DNA from: Mobula hypostoma
Lineage: Eukaryota
Assembly: GCF_963921235.1 (NCBI RefSeq)
Contig: NC_086097.1
Location: forward strand, 229,712,001 to 229,776,000
Length of the DNA: 64,000 nt
Direction of reading: 5' to 3'
A model generated the notes under the pieces. The model saw nothing but the letters and a program-made list of their open reading frames with translations, had not been told where the DNA came from and did no database searches. How positions within the stretch are numbered: the stretch's first letter is position 1; each line of letters starts with the position of its first letter. Positions 11,605-24,689 of the stretch are shown piece by piece. The translations under genes were made by a program, and so were the position numbers.

Positions 11605-12750
11605 GAGGCTACAGTAGGGCATTGACAGGATGCAGAGCTGGGCTGGGAAATGGCAGATGGGTGTTAAATCCAGAAAAGTGTGAACTGATTCACTTTGGAA
11701 GCTTGCACTTGAAGGCAGAATACAAGGTTAAAAGCTGAGTGGAGGAACAGGGGGATCTTGGGGGTCAATGTCTACAGCTCCCTTAAGGTTGCCACACAAG
11801 TTGATTGGATGGTTAAGAAGGTGTGTGGTGTGCTGGCCTTCATTAGTCAGGGGACTGAGTTCAAGAACCGCAAAGTAAAGTGGCAGCTCTATACAGCTCT
11901 GTTCAGAACACACAGAAACGTAGAAAATAGGTGCAGGAGTAGGACATTCAGCCCTTCGAACCTGCACCGCCATTCAGTATGATCATGGCTGATCATCCAA
12001 ATCAGAACCCTGTACCTGCCTTCCCTCCATACCCCCGATCCCTTTAGCCACAAGGCCCATATCTAACACCCTCTTAAATATAGCCAATGAACTGGCCTCA
12101 ACTGTTTCCTGTGGCAGAGAATTCCACAGATTCACCACTCTCTGTGTGAAGAAGTTTTTCCTAATCTCGGTCCTAAAAGGCTTCCCCTTTATCCTCAAAC
12201 TGTGACCCCTCATTCTGGAGGGGTCACATTTGGAATATTGTGCTCAGTTCTGGTCATCTCATTATAGAAAGGATGTGGAAGCTATAGAGATGATGCAGAG
12301 GAGATTTACCAGGACGCTGTCTGGATTAGAGAGCATGTCTAATGAGGATAGGTTGTGTGAACTTGGGCTTTTTCTCCTTGAAGTGAAGGAGGATTAGAGG
12401 TGACTTGATAGAGGTATACAGTGCAATATGATAAGAGATATAGATAGAGTGGACAGCCAGAAACATTTTCCCAATGCAGGAATGGTTATTATGAGGGGTT
12501 ATAATTTTAAGCTGATTGGAGGGAAGTGTAGGGGGGGACATTGGAGGTACCGTAGGTTTTTCACACAGAGAGTGGTAGATGTGAGAAACATGCTGCCAAG
12601 GGAGGTGGTAGAGGAAGATAAATCAGAGGCCCTCAGAAAGGCACATGGATGAAAGAAAAATGGAGGCCTATGTGGGAGGGAAGGGTTAGACTGGTCTCAG
12701 AGTAGGTTAAAAGGTTGGCACAACTGGGATGAAAAGTTTTACGTTCTTTG
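11605..12750 (+). mobile_element. CR1 LINE 3' fragment, interrupted by an antisense CR1 3' end at ~11913-12217
   Basis: KCELIHFG, LKVATQVD, RGDLIEVY and FFTQRVV motifs. The inner copy matches the 3' end of the 26.1 and 48.3 kb CR1 subfamily. Confidence 0.85.
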
Positions 12751-13034
12751 TTCTTTTCACTCCAGCTGGATCCCGAATTCACCTCAGTAGGACTGAACTC
12801 AACTGACACAATAGGTTGGTGATATTTGAACAGAGGAAGCCTCCTCCCATGAAAATGATCTTTTGGTCAGCTCAGTGAGGAAGTGTAAATGGAATGAAAA
12901 GTCATTTGTTTATCTTGATGAGGTCACTGAGCAACACTTACTGGAGCAAAACAAAACTGCATATGCTGGGGATCCGAAATAAAATTAGACAGTAGAAAGT
13001 GACAAGAACTCAGCAGGTTAGGCCACATCCTTGG

Positions 13035-13202
13035 GGAGAGGAACAGAGGGGAAGAAAGAGACAGGGAAGAGAGAAAGAGAGGGAAGGGAGAGAGAGGCAG
13101 AAGAGAGAGAGAGAAAGGGGGAAGAGAGAGAGAGAAAGGGGGAAGAGAGAGAAAGGCGGAAGAGAGAGAAAGAAAGGGGGAAGAGAGAAAGGGAAGAGAA
13201 AG
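13035..13202. repeat. Polypurine (GA-rich) low-complexity tract
   Basis: Nearly pure G/A run with GGGGGAAGAGAGAGA units. Confidence 0.9.
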
Positions 13203-13632
13203 TGTCGCAACCATGGATTCAGCAGTGCAGCAGACACGGCAACTGTGCTCGTGAATATGCACATATCAGCTAATTATTATTTCATTGTGATAGTGTTTAA
13301 TTCCATTCATTCCGTCATAGTATTTGTTGAGACTTGGACACGGGCACAGCAACGCTTCGCTACCGGCCTGCATTCCACTTTGCCTGAGAAATTAGACTGT
13401 CAAGTCAACTGACTCTGAAGACTAGCGGTATGCGTTCTATTCTTAGTTGTTCTTTACAGCTGCAGTGTAGGCTTCGTTTTCCATTTGAGAGTTTTAGTTA
13501 ACGGCCCTGTTTGGCCTAGTGTTTATTGTTTTTTTTCCCCCTTTAACACTGTTTGTATTAAAGTCTGTGAACTATCGACCTGCTTCAGTGTCTCTCTTCT
13601 CCACACTTGGGCTGTATCCCAACCGGGTGACA
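13203..13632 (+). mobile_element. Solo LTR (430 bp) with a 5-bp TSD
   Basis: Begins TGTCGC and ends GTGACA (TG...CA inverted ends). GAAAG lies at both 13198-13202 and 13633-13637. ATTAAA occurs ~70 bp before the 3' end. Confidence 0.75.
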
Positions 13633-14049
13633 GAAAGAGAGGGGGAGGGGGACGGAAAAATGACTCCTCCACATTTCAGTGCAAGGAAAAACAAGCACGT
13701 TTTAAAACTTCAAAAGGAGGGAGTCATAGAACAGTACAGCAAAGAAACTGAATTTTCAGCCCATTTAGTCCATGGTGAACCATTAATCTGCCCAGTCCCT
13801 TGGCCTGCACCCAGACCACAGCCGTCCATATACCCCTCCCATCCATGCATATATCCAAACTTCTCTTAAATGTTGAAATTGACCCCGCATGCACCATTTG
13901 CACTGGCAGCTCATTTTACACTGGAGGAATGGAGAGAAGAGAGGGAATGACTGTGATAGGATGCAGATTAAGATCGTCAACTTTAAACACCAACAGTTAG
14001 AAACTGGAGAGAAAAGAAGCAAAGTGAAAGTGAAATATCCAACAATTCG

Positions 14050-14190
14050 CAAACACAAGAGATTCTGCAGATGCTGGAGATCCAGAGTAACACACACAAA
14101 ATACTGGAGGAACTCTGCACCTCTATCAGCATCTATGGAAAGGAATAAAGAGTTGATGTTTTGGGCTAAGAGCCTTCACCATGACTCAGG
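14050..14190 (-). mobile_element. Penelope pLTR/3' end fragment with a decayed hammerhead
   Basis: Matches the terminus of the 51495-52487 Penelope copy. Confidence 0.7.
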
Positions 14191-16707
14191 CTCTGTGGAA
14201 AGGAACAGGAAAATGATTTCCAGAAATTGTTGAATATTGAGTTCTAAGGGTCACAACTAGACCAATGAGGTGGGGTTTTGTTTAATTTAACTTTCATTTT
14301 TGGAACACTTTAGGAAGCCAATGATAGGTTAAAGCTGGTGTAAGCATTAATTAAACTAATAGAGGGTACTTACAGGTGAAAACAGGGGTTCAGTTCTTTC
14401 TTCTTGTTAATGGGACTACTCAGCAACTACCTCTAAAACTCTTTGATCATTTTTTATTGAAGGCCTCACAGATTTGTAGATTTGCATCTATTGTCATAAA
14501 ACTCAATCTGAGTTAAAGGATGTGTATCTTTATTTAATAGAAGAATCTACAGAACTTGAATATATTTTCACTGTAAAATGCTAACATTTTATTGATCTTT
14601 ACATTCCACTTTCTGATATATCCTACTGTTAGTGAACTGATACAGACAGGCTGAAAATAGCAGTCATTTTCAGACTTACAATCTAAAAAATTACGTTAAT
14701 GAATTACATATTTTATTTAGTTGAAATAATTTATCTATAGTCCTACAATAAAGAGAGCTACTGTTACAATCTAAAAAGATAATAGATAAATTTATTTTTT
14801 AAAAGTGTTTACTTATTAAAATTTACTACAGTATCAGATGTATTTTCAGGAAACCACCATTATTAACAGGTAGCAGTTTAAATTCTATGTGGTTAGCTTC
14901 TCGTGAGCTGGAGAAATGATTCTATCTGTCTAATAGCTCTCTTATATGGTGATGTTTTGCTTTGGTTCCACAGTTAGGGAGTTTTCTTCCCGTAACTGAC
15001 TATTCACCTTTAACGTACCATTAGTTTATTTCCACATCTTTCCTCATGTATTGCATTGTAACTGCAAAGCTAACAAATTTCATGACATAGGCTGGTGACA
15101 TTAAACCTGATTCTGATACTGCTCACACATAAACCTAGAGAATAATTCTGTCATAACATAGCCCTTCTCCCTCACTCCAAACTATCACCTCAACTGCCTG
15201 TCTCCCTACCCTGTCCTACACCTCCCCCTCTTCTCCTCAAAATTTGTATTTCAAAGTTTAAAGTAAAGTTATTATTAAAGTATGCATCTTTCACCATATA
15301 CTATCCTGAGATCCTTTTTCTTGCAGGCATTCACAGTAGAACAAAGAACTACAATGGTATCAATGAAAAACTACACACAAAAACTGACATATAACCATTA
15401 TGCAAAAGAAGACAACCTTTCGTGAGTATTTGCTAACAATTCATAACCCTGTAACATTTTCCAGTTCTAATTAAGGTCGCTGACATAAAATCTCAAGTCT
15501 GCTTCTTGGTGCCACCTGATTTTCTAGGAATCAAGTCAAAGGTAATGGGGGTTCATGATCATTGGACAGGTTCCATCATCAAGAATTCCCTCATTACAAT
15601 GTTCTGCTCTGGACTCGTGGAACCTGCAGATGGTTGGTAAACACTGCCCAGTCCGTCAGACTTGGGAACAGCTTCTTCCCTGCCTCTAGCAGACTTATGA
15701 ACCAATCACCTCTTTCATACATCGTTCCCAGTGGTGCTGCCATGTTCTCAATGCTTAATTCTATCTCCCTCAGTTATTCCATTATTAACAATTTAACGCT
15801 TCTAATTGCACTGTTTTGTTGTTCTGTGCTTGTCACTATATTTATTGCAGTATTTATTTGTATCATGCTCTGTGAGGTTCAGACTGGCATGGAACTTCAC
15901 TGCAAATCTTTCCCATTTGCTGCTAAATTACAGGTTGAACACAATTAAATTTTCAACAGAAAATTTCTGGTAAGATATGATTATAATTAGAGGAAGATTT
16001 ACCTGTAGGAAACCCAATTAGGTGTTAACACGATTTGTATTTTGGAGTCAATAATAGTCAATCTTAAAGGCCAGAACCAGAATCGTGTTCATTCTCACTG
16101 ACATGTCATGTAATTTGTTGTTTTGCCATACCAGTACAGTGCAATACATAAAAAATCTATAAGTTACAATAAGAAGTATAAAACAAATAAATCAGTGCAA
16201 AAAGAGAGCAAACTAGTGAGGTAGTGCACATGGGTTCATGGACCATTCAGAAATCTGAAGGTGGAGGGAATGAAACTGTTCTTAAAATGCTGAGTGTGCA
16301 CCTTCAGGCTCCTGCACCTCCTCCCTGATGGCAGTAATGAGAAGGAGACATATCTTGGGTGGTGGGGTCCTTAATAATGGATGCCGCCTTACTGAAGCAC
16401 AGCCTTTCAAATAAAGGTAGTAAATTCTCGAATTTTAACAGCAGAGTATTATTCCATAACTAAAACTGCTTGCGGCAACATCATGTCTAGGTAATGCAAT
16501 GATGCAATTCTTTTCTCCAGTGAGTGCCAAATTCCAAGGCCTTCACAAAATTTTGTAACTGGTCCTCCTTAACACCTTAACGCCTTGTGTTAAGGACAGT
16601 TACAAAATCAGCTCTGAGACATCTGCCAAAAGTGCTTTAAACTTACTAAAAACTGCTGTTGAGTCTCTATATGTCTGGCCTCCAAGATACCTCTTCTTAG
16701 TAAAGCT

Positions 16708-17050
16708 TAAAGATTAGCTTTGTTTGTCACAAGTACATTGAAACTCAGAAATATACAGTGAAATCCGCTGTATGCGTCAACAGTCAACACAGTCCGAATA
16801 TGTACCAAGGGTAGCTGCAAGTGCCTCTACACTTCCGCCCACCAACATATCATGCCCACAACTTATTAACCATAACCTGTACATTTTTGTAATGCGGGAG
16901 GAAACCAGAGCACCCTGAGGAAACCCACGCGATCACAGGGAGAATGTACAAATTCCTTACAGACCGCAGCGGGAACTAAACCCTAATCGCTGATCGCTGT
17001 TCTCCGGCGCTGTAAAGCGTTACACTAACCCCTAGGCTACCGTGTCGCCC
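16708..17050 (-). mobile_element. V-domain SINE
   Basis: Reverse V-domain GGGAGGAAACCAGAGCACCCTGAGGAAACCCACGCGATCACAGGGAGAA, with a tRNA-like head at ~17050. Related copies at ~9450-9700, 10250-10480, 44150-44500 and 57530-57890. Confidence 0.75.
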
Positions 17051-17260
17051 GAGTAAATCTAGAATAAGAATATCTACACTTGCAACTCACAAATGATGGA
17101 TCAATGATCTAACTCACTTCCTGCCAGAAAGTTGCTGCATTTGATACTTTTGCCACATGGAACTGACTGATCCATTTTGCCGAATAAAAACGTCGCAAGT
17201 CATATCCATACCATAAAAGTTCTGTAAAATTATGCTCCTTCCCCGTGGCTTGACTCTTAC

Positions 17261-17361
17261 CCCAAGTGCATGGTCCGAATATGTTTCTGGATCCCTGCAG
17301 CAGTGCTGAGCACCTTTCCACAATTCTTCCACAAACACTTGAACATAACTTTCATCGAGTT
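17261..17361 (-). CDS. ZNF704: ZNF704 internal coding exon with the C2H2 zinc finger ([34 protein letters not shown])
   Basis: Acceptor ttttacAG, donor GTaaga, 101 nt, phase 0-2. Has a C-x4-C-x12-H-x4-H finger, essentially identical to mammalian ZNF704 as recalled. Confidence 0.96.
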
Positions 17362-17604
17362 CTGTAAAACAAAATACAACAGAGGGCAATAAACATAAAA
17401 GTATCCTATACTATTGACCTGCTGCGATGCTGCGATTGGACCTTATATGAAGCAAACTATTGTGTAACAGGCAAATAAGATGTTAAAAGTTTGAACGAGG
17501 GGCTAAAAAGTGGGGCTTTTGAGGAGGTGATCAGTATTGTGCATGGGGAAATTACTTATTGAGTCAATAAGGATGGGAGCCAGCAGGACATGGTCATGAA
17601 ACCA

Positions 17605-19685
17605 AAGTTCAAAAGTTGAAAAGGTTTGTAGTAAACTTATTATCAAAGTACTGTATGTTACCATATACAAGCTGAGATTCATTTTCTTCCAGGTCCACTC
17701 AATAAATCCACAACAGAACACTAACCATATTAGAGTCAAATGAAAGTCTGCATCAACTTGGGCATTCAGTCAGTGTGCAAAAGGCAACAAACCGTATATG
17801 TCTGTTTGTACAAAAAGAAAGAAAGAATAATAATAATAGATAAATAAGCAATAAATATCAAGAACATGAGATGAAGAGTTCTTAAAAGTGAGTCCATAGG
17901 TTAGAAGACAAACATAGAAACATAGAAAACCTACAGCAAAATACAAGCCCTTCGGCCCACAAAGCTGTGCCGAACATGTACTTATTTTAGAAATTACCTC
18001 GGGTTACCCATAGCCCTCTACTTTTCTGAGCTCCATATACCTGTCCAGGAGTTTCTTAAAAGACCCTATTGTATCCGTCTCCACCACCGCTGCCGGCAGC
18101 CCATTCCACGCACTCACCACTCTCTGTGTAAAAAACTTATCCCGACGACTCCTCTGTACCTACTTCCAAGTACCTTAAAACTTTGCCTTCTCGTGCTAGC
18201 CATTTCAGCCCTGGAAAAAAGCCTCTGACTATCCACATGATCAACGCCTCATCTTATACACCTCTATCAGGTCACCTGTCATCCGCCATCGCTCCAAAGA
18301 AAAAAGGCTGAGTTCACTCAACCTATTCTCATAAGACATGCTCCTCAAAAAATTCAATCAGGCTTGTAAGGCACGACCTGCCTTTGACAAAGCCATGCTG
18401 ACTATTCCTAATCATATTATGCCTCTCCAAATGTTCATAAATCCTGCTTCTCAGGATCTTCTCCATCAACTTACCAACCACTGAAGTAAGACTCACTGGT
18501 CTACAAGTTCCTGGGCTATCTTTACTCCCTTTCTTGAATAATGGAACAACATCCGCAACCCTCCAGTCCTCTGGAACCTCTCTCATCCCCATTGATAATG
18601 CAAAGATCATCATCAGAGCCTCTGCAATCTCCTCCCTCGCCTCCCACAGTAGCCTGGGGTACATCTCATCCAGTCCTGGTGACCTATCCAACTTGATGCC
18701 TTCCAAAAGCTCCAGCACATCCTCTTTCTCAATATCTACATATTCAAGCTTTTCAGTCCACTGTAAGTCATCCCTACAATCGCCAAGATCCTTTTCCATA
18801 GTGAATACTGAAGCAAAGTACTCATTAAGTACCTCCGCTATCTCCTCTGGTTCCATACACACTTCTCCACCGTCACACTTGATTGGTCCTATTCTCTCAC
18901 ATCTTATCCTCTAACTCTTCACATACTTGTAGAATGCCTTGGGGTTTTCCTTAATCCTGTCCGCCAAGGCCTTCTCATGGCCCCTTCTGGCTCTCCTAAT
19001 TTCTTTCTTAAGCTCCTTCCTGCTAGCCTTATAATCTTCTATATCTCTAATATTACCTAGTTTTTTGAACCTTTCGTAAGCTCTTCTTTTCTTCTTGACT
19101 AGATTAACAAGAGCCTTTGTACACCATGGCTCGTATACCCTACCATCCTTTCCCTGTCTCAGTGGAACGTATCTATGCAGAACTCCATGCAAATATCCCC
19201 TGAACGTTTGCCACATTTCTTCCGTACATTTCCCTGAGAACATCTGTTCCCAATTTATGCTTCCAAGTTCCTGCTTAATAGCCTCATAGTTCCCCTTACT
19301 CCAATTAAATGCTTTCCTAACTTGTCTGTTCCTATCCCTCTCCAAAGCTAAGGTAAAGGAGATAGAAAGGAGTTAGGTTGTGGGAACATTTCAATGATGG
19401 GGCAAGTGAAGCTGTGTGAAGTTATCTCCTTTGGTTCGAAAGCCTAATGGTTGAGGGGTAATAACTGTCCCTGAACCAGGTGGCCTGAGTCCCTGAGGCT
19501 CTTGTACCTTCTTCCTGATGGCAGCAGCAAGAAGAGAGCATGGTCTGGCTGGTGGGGGTCCCTGATGATGGATGCTGCTTTCCTGCGGCAAAGTTTTGTA
19601 TAGATATGCTGAACAGAGGGAAGGGCTTTACCCGTGATGGACTGGGCCATATCCACTACATTTTGCAGGATTTTCCATTCAAAAG
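17605..19685 (-). mobile_element. Rex1/Babar 3' fragment split by a CR1 insertion
   Basis: The tail at 17605-17905 and the body at 19370-19685 (HQPDHALFLLLPSGRRYKSL) join across the CR1 at the motif CCATAGGTT|GTGGGAACATTTC. Confidence 0.7.
17911..19366 (-). mobile_element. CR1 LINE, 5'-truncated, with an internal deletion of most of the RT
   Basis: ORFs 18911-19345 and 18329-18862 (SQHGFVKGRSCLTSLIEFFE) jump directly into post-RT sequence. Ends in a (TTTCTATG)n tail. Confidence 0.88.
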
Positions 19686-19824
19686 TTCAGGTTGAGGCTC
19701 GTGGAGGGTAGTTTTGCATCAAAAGAATGGCAGGACAGACCAGAGGACATGCATTCAGGCTCAGGCCACAGTAAGAAAGGGTAAAGGAACTCAGCTGAGT
19801 GGAAGGTCTTACAAGAGAGACTGA

Positions 19825-20025
19825 AGCTGCTGAAAATGTAGAACAACACACATAAAATGCTGGGGGCATGCTCAGCAGGCGAGGCAGTATCTGTAGAGGG
19901 AAATAAACAGCCAATGTTTTGGACCAGAAGTGTTTTGACCCGAGGCATTGACTGCTTATAGGCCGAGCATCCATAAATGCTGCCTCACCTGGTGTTTTCC
20001 TCCAGCATTTTGTCTGTGTTGTTCC
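19825..20025. mobile_element. Penelope-derived inverted (palindromic) unit, decayed
   Basis: Arms CAACACACATAAAATGCTGG and CCAGCATTTTGTCTGTGTTG. Confidence 0.7.
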
Positions 20026-20815
20026 AGTGGATGATCTTGGTCCTAGTGAGTGAAATAATTGTGCGGCTCCCTCTTGCAGCCAGAGGAGAAGGTTGAGGGA
20101 GTGATGAGAATCCACCACCAATCCTTGTCGCACAGACACTTACAACCGAGAAAAAGACCAACAGCTGCTTAATCTCTTACTTCCTACTAGCCAACTGCGC
20201 TTAAGAGATGCACAATAAGACAGGAGAGCAAGATTTAGAGAAACGATTGTAACTTTACCTGGACTTCTTCAGCACCAGCCAAAAAGTCCCAAGGCTACTG
20301 AACAGTATGGATTGGGGCTATGTCAATTCAGGCAGCAAATGAATGGCTCAGGACTGATACACTCACACCTGAACAGATCTAATGCTCACTGAATGCACTA
20401 CTTCTGTCCAGGAATGGAGGACCTTCATGTAACTTTTTAAAAGAAGAATTGAGAGTGTTTAAAAAGACAGTGACATTTGAGTGTAGGAGTAGAACCTCTG
20501 ACCCCGGGAACAATCACTGCAGTGCGGCTTGTGTTCCACTCAATTTGGACCTCATTGGCATGAAGTTACTAAGTCACCATTGTTATAATATTTAATAAGT
20601 TTAAGTTTAACTTACTAAGTTATAATAAGTTTAATATTTGTTTAGATTTCCGCTGACTGCTTCCAATCCACAAAGAATCTTTGCTAAGCTGTTAGAAAGA
20701 GGCTCCGACCCTTTGCCCTGCAATACTTGTCAAGTTGTGTTGGTTGCTTTGTTTGGGCAAAGCAGCTAAGTGACAGGAAGAACTGAACCTTCCATGTGTG
20801 AGAACTTGTACATGC

Positions 20816-21045
20816 CTTTCTCTTCCTTGGAATGGGCTCATCAAACAACAGGTTGCTGGATTCTGCCTCATCGATACTGTCATCTGGCTGGATGGTCGCA
20901 CGGAAAGGTTTGAAGCTGTCGGCTGATAAAGGTGGTGACGGGGTGGATGGATTTGACTGGTCACTTGGTGCCCCCCAGCTCCAGTTGCCACTGCTGCTGT
21001 AGCTCGATGACATGTTGGCTGGTTCCTTCCAAGAACCATTCTGAT
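20816..21045 (-). CDS. ZNF704: ZNF704 internal coding exon (D-QNGSWKE...[22 protein letters not shown]...[12 protein letters not shown])
   Basis: Acceptor tgtgtaacAG, 230 nt, phase 1-0. Motifs [28 protein letters not shown] and [12 protein letters not shown]. The in-frame donor is GC (AAG|GCATGT). Confidence 0.94.
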
Positions 21046-21209
21046 CTGTTACACAAAAGGCGAAGAATTGATTATTCACCTGAAACAATTTGTAACAGGA
21101 AATGGCTTAACGTCCAGTGTTACTTTTCAGTATTCACTAATGGCAAGAACAGAGCGATATTAACCTGGACGGTAAAAGGTAAATTGCCCTTTGAAGAACA
21201 TGTTCTACA

Positions 21210-23485
21210 AAATGTAGTAATGGGGGACACAGAAATGGAGGATGAACTTAGGAAGTATTTTGTGTCGGTCTTCACTGTAGAAGTCACTAGCAGCATGTCA
21301 GAAATGTGCGAGTGTCAGGGGGCAGAAGTGAGCGTCATTGCTATTACTAAGGAGAAAGTGCTTGGGAAATTGAAAAGGCTGAAGGTCGATGAGTCACCTG
21401 GACCAGATGGACTACACCCCAGGGTTCTGAAAGAGGTGGCTGAAGAGATTGTGGAGGCATTAGTAATGATCTCCCAAGAATCACTAGATAATGGAATGGT
21501 TCCCGATGTCTGGAAAATTGCAAGTGTCATTCCACTCTTTAGGAAGGGAGAGAGGCAGAAGAAAGGAAATTACAAGCCAGTTTGGCTGATTTCAGTGGTT
21601 GGAAAGATGTTGGAGTCTATTATTAAGGATGAGGGTTTGGGGTACTCGGAGGCACAATAAAACAGGCTGAAGTCAGCAGGGTTTTCTAAAGCAGAAATCT
21701 TGCCTGACAAATACGCTGGAATTCTTTGAGGAAATAACAAGGAGGATAGACAAAAGAGAGTCAGTGGATGTTGTTTACTTGGATTTTCAGAAAGCCTTTG
21801 ACAAAGTGCTGCACATGAAGCTGTTTAACAAAACAAAAGCCCATGATTTTATAGGAAGTATTATAGCATGGATAGAAGATTGGTTGATTGACAGGAGACA
21901 GAGTGGGAATAAAGAGGACCTTTTCTGGTTGACAGCCAGACACTAGTGGTATGCCGCAAGAGTTGGTGTTGGGACCACTTCTTTTCACATTATATGTCAA
22001 TGATTTGGATGAAGGAATTGATGGCTTTGTGGCCAAGTTTGCAGACAACATGAAGATAGGTGGAGGGGACGACAATGTTGAGGAAGCAGGCTATCTACAG
22101 GACTTACACAGACTGGGGGAATGGACAAAGAAGTGATAGATGGAATATAATGAAGGGAAGTACAAGAACAAGACATGGAATATTTTCTAACTGGAGAGAA
22201 AACTCAAAAACCAGAGGTGCAGAGGGACTTGGGAGTCCTCATGCATGATTCCCTAAAGGTTACCTTGCAGGTTGAGTCAGCGGTGAGGAAGGCAAATGCA
22301 ATGTTGGCACTCATTTTGAGGGGACGAGGATACAAAGCGAGGATGTAATGCTGATGCTTTATAAGGCATTGGTCAGACTACATTTAGAATATTGTGAATA
22401 GTTTTGGGCCCCTCTTCTGAGAAAAGGCATTGAGAGGTTTCAGAGGAGGTTCACAAGAATCATCCCAGGAGTGAAAGGAGCATTTGATGGCTCTGGGCCT
22501 GTACTCGCTGGAGTTTAGAAGAATGAGGGGCGATCTCATTGAAACCTATCAAACATTGAAAGGTCTGGATAGAGTAGATGTGGAGAGGACGTTTCCTACA
22601 GTGGGAGAGTTTAGGACCAGAGGGCACAGCCTCAGATTTGAGAGATGTCCATTTAGAAGAGAGGTGAGGAAAAATTTCTTTAGCCAGAGTGTGGTGAATC
22701 TGTGGAATTAATTGCTACAGATGGTTGTGCAGGCTAAGTCATTGGGTATATTTAAAGTAGAAGCTGATAGGTCTTGATTAGTCAGGGCGTCAAAGGTTAT
22801 GGGTGGAAGGCAGGAGAATGCGGTTGAGAGGAATAATGAATCCTCTCCTGGAGACCACACTTGGAGTACTGTGTGCAGTTTTGGTCTCCAAACTTGAGGA
22901 AGGACATTCTTCCTATTGAGGGAGTGCAGCGTAGGTTCACAAGGTTAATTCCTGGGATGGCGGGACTGTCACATGTTGAAAGTTTGAAGCGACTGGGCTT
23001 GTATACACTGGAATTTAGAAGGATGAGAGGGGATCTGATTAAAACATATAAGATTATTAAGGGATTGGACACGCTAGAGGCAGGAAATATGTTCCCGATG
23101 TTGGGGGAGTCCAGAACCACAGGCCACAATTTAAGAATAAAGGGAAGGCCATTTAGAACGGAGTTGAGGAAAAACTTTTTCACCCAGAGAGTTGTGGACC
23201 TGTGGAATGCTCTGCCTCAGAAGGCAATGGAGGCCAATTCTTTGGATGCTTTCAAGAAAGAGTTAGATAGAGCTCTTAAAGATAGTGGAGTCAAGGGATA
23301 TGGGGAGAAGGCAGGAATGGGGTACTGATTGTGGATGATCAGCCATGATCACAGTGAACGGTGGTGCTGGCTCGAAGAGCCGAATGGCTGACTCCTGCAC
23401 TTCTATTGAATCAGCCATGATGGAGTGGCGGAACAGACTGGATGGGCCAAACGGCCTGACTCTCCTCCTATGTCTTATGGTCTCA
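21210..23485 (+). mobile_element. Degraded CR1 ORF2 3' half, with a younger CR1 3' fragment (~22850-23405) nested in its 3'UTR
   Basis: SPGPDGLHPRVLKE, YLDFQKAFDKV, KFADNMK, and two successive 3' ends. Confidence 0.88.
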
Positions 23486-24689
23486 TGTTTGTTTTTCACT
23501 TCCTCCACCAATTTCTTCTCCTCCTTCCTATTCACTTCCCACCCTAGCTATGTGTGCCTCTGCTTCCTTCTGGCTTTCAGTCGAGCGTGTTCGAAGATTG
23601 GTTTCATGCTGCCCCAGTGGCCTCAGCTTATATATTTCCCAAAGTCAGGAGACACAGATATTGAACAAAGCCATTGTGTCCCTGACCATCTCATGCTGAA
23701 GCCTTTGATTCTACATCGAGCACCTTCATTTCATAGAGCAGTTTAATTTTATTGATGGTTTGAGAAAAAAGTAGTTAATTTTGAGTACATGATCAGCAGT
23801 ATTCACAAATATGAGACAATGTTAAAACAGTCTTAGAAACCACCGATGGTAATGAAAAATTCTTACTCGTAAAGCTGAAACCTCTGAGTTACAGGTCTGC
23901 AGCAAATATTTCTGCCAGCAATGAAATTATACCTCCTTAGTCGGTTATTCTCATAAATATCTTCCTCTCTTCATTTTTCAGGCCCTGTTTTGATGCATTA
24001 AGATGTATTATCTTCATTGATTTAAACACCAGAAATCTGGATTTCATTGCTTTGACAACCACTAAACTTTGGACCAGGCCTCACAGCCAGACAAGACCAT
24101 TCAAGACAGAACCATCGTTTCCCTACAGAAAGGCGCCGTGTTGCACAAGGGCTTGTTGGTCAGCTGGGAGCCAGCTCCCTCTTCGCAGACTGCTTCTACC
24201 CCCACCGCCCCGAGATCAGACAGACGGAATGATAAAAATGCAGGTGGGCACATTGAACATCAGGGTTTACATGTGTTGAAATGTCCCAAAGGAGGAAGTA
24301 AAAGTATGCCCTATTTAACAGAGTGAACCTGATGTGAATGAGATGTTTTCCAGAGTGCACCATAAGTAAACAAAAATCAAAGTCAAAACCCATCGGTATT
24401 TAATAATAATTAAAATTAAAGTTATACTCATAGAGAAAGAACCTGAATTTATATATGCACCTTTCATAAATTCAGTATTGCCTAAGAGCTCTACAGCAGG
24501 CAACTTGCCTAGTAGTGACCTGTTTTGACACAATACAACAACTGCATTGGATTCTGTTGGAATGTACAGATACATTTCATTTGAACAATTACTAGACTTT
24601 ACTAATGACTCACTAGAGTGAGTCTACCATTACCTTTTGCTGCCTCTGATCAACACACAATTTATGTTCCCAGGTTCACCGTTGTTCTG

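Noticed and set aside
12924..13412. R/E/K-rich and L/S/P-rich ORFs
   Set aside because: Translations of the polypurine tract.
20932..21660. 242-aa plus-strand ORF overlapping the ZNF704 exon
   Set aside because: Chance fusion of antisense exon sequence, intron and a CR1 ORF2 fragment.
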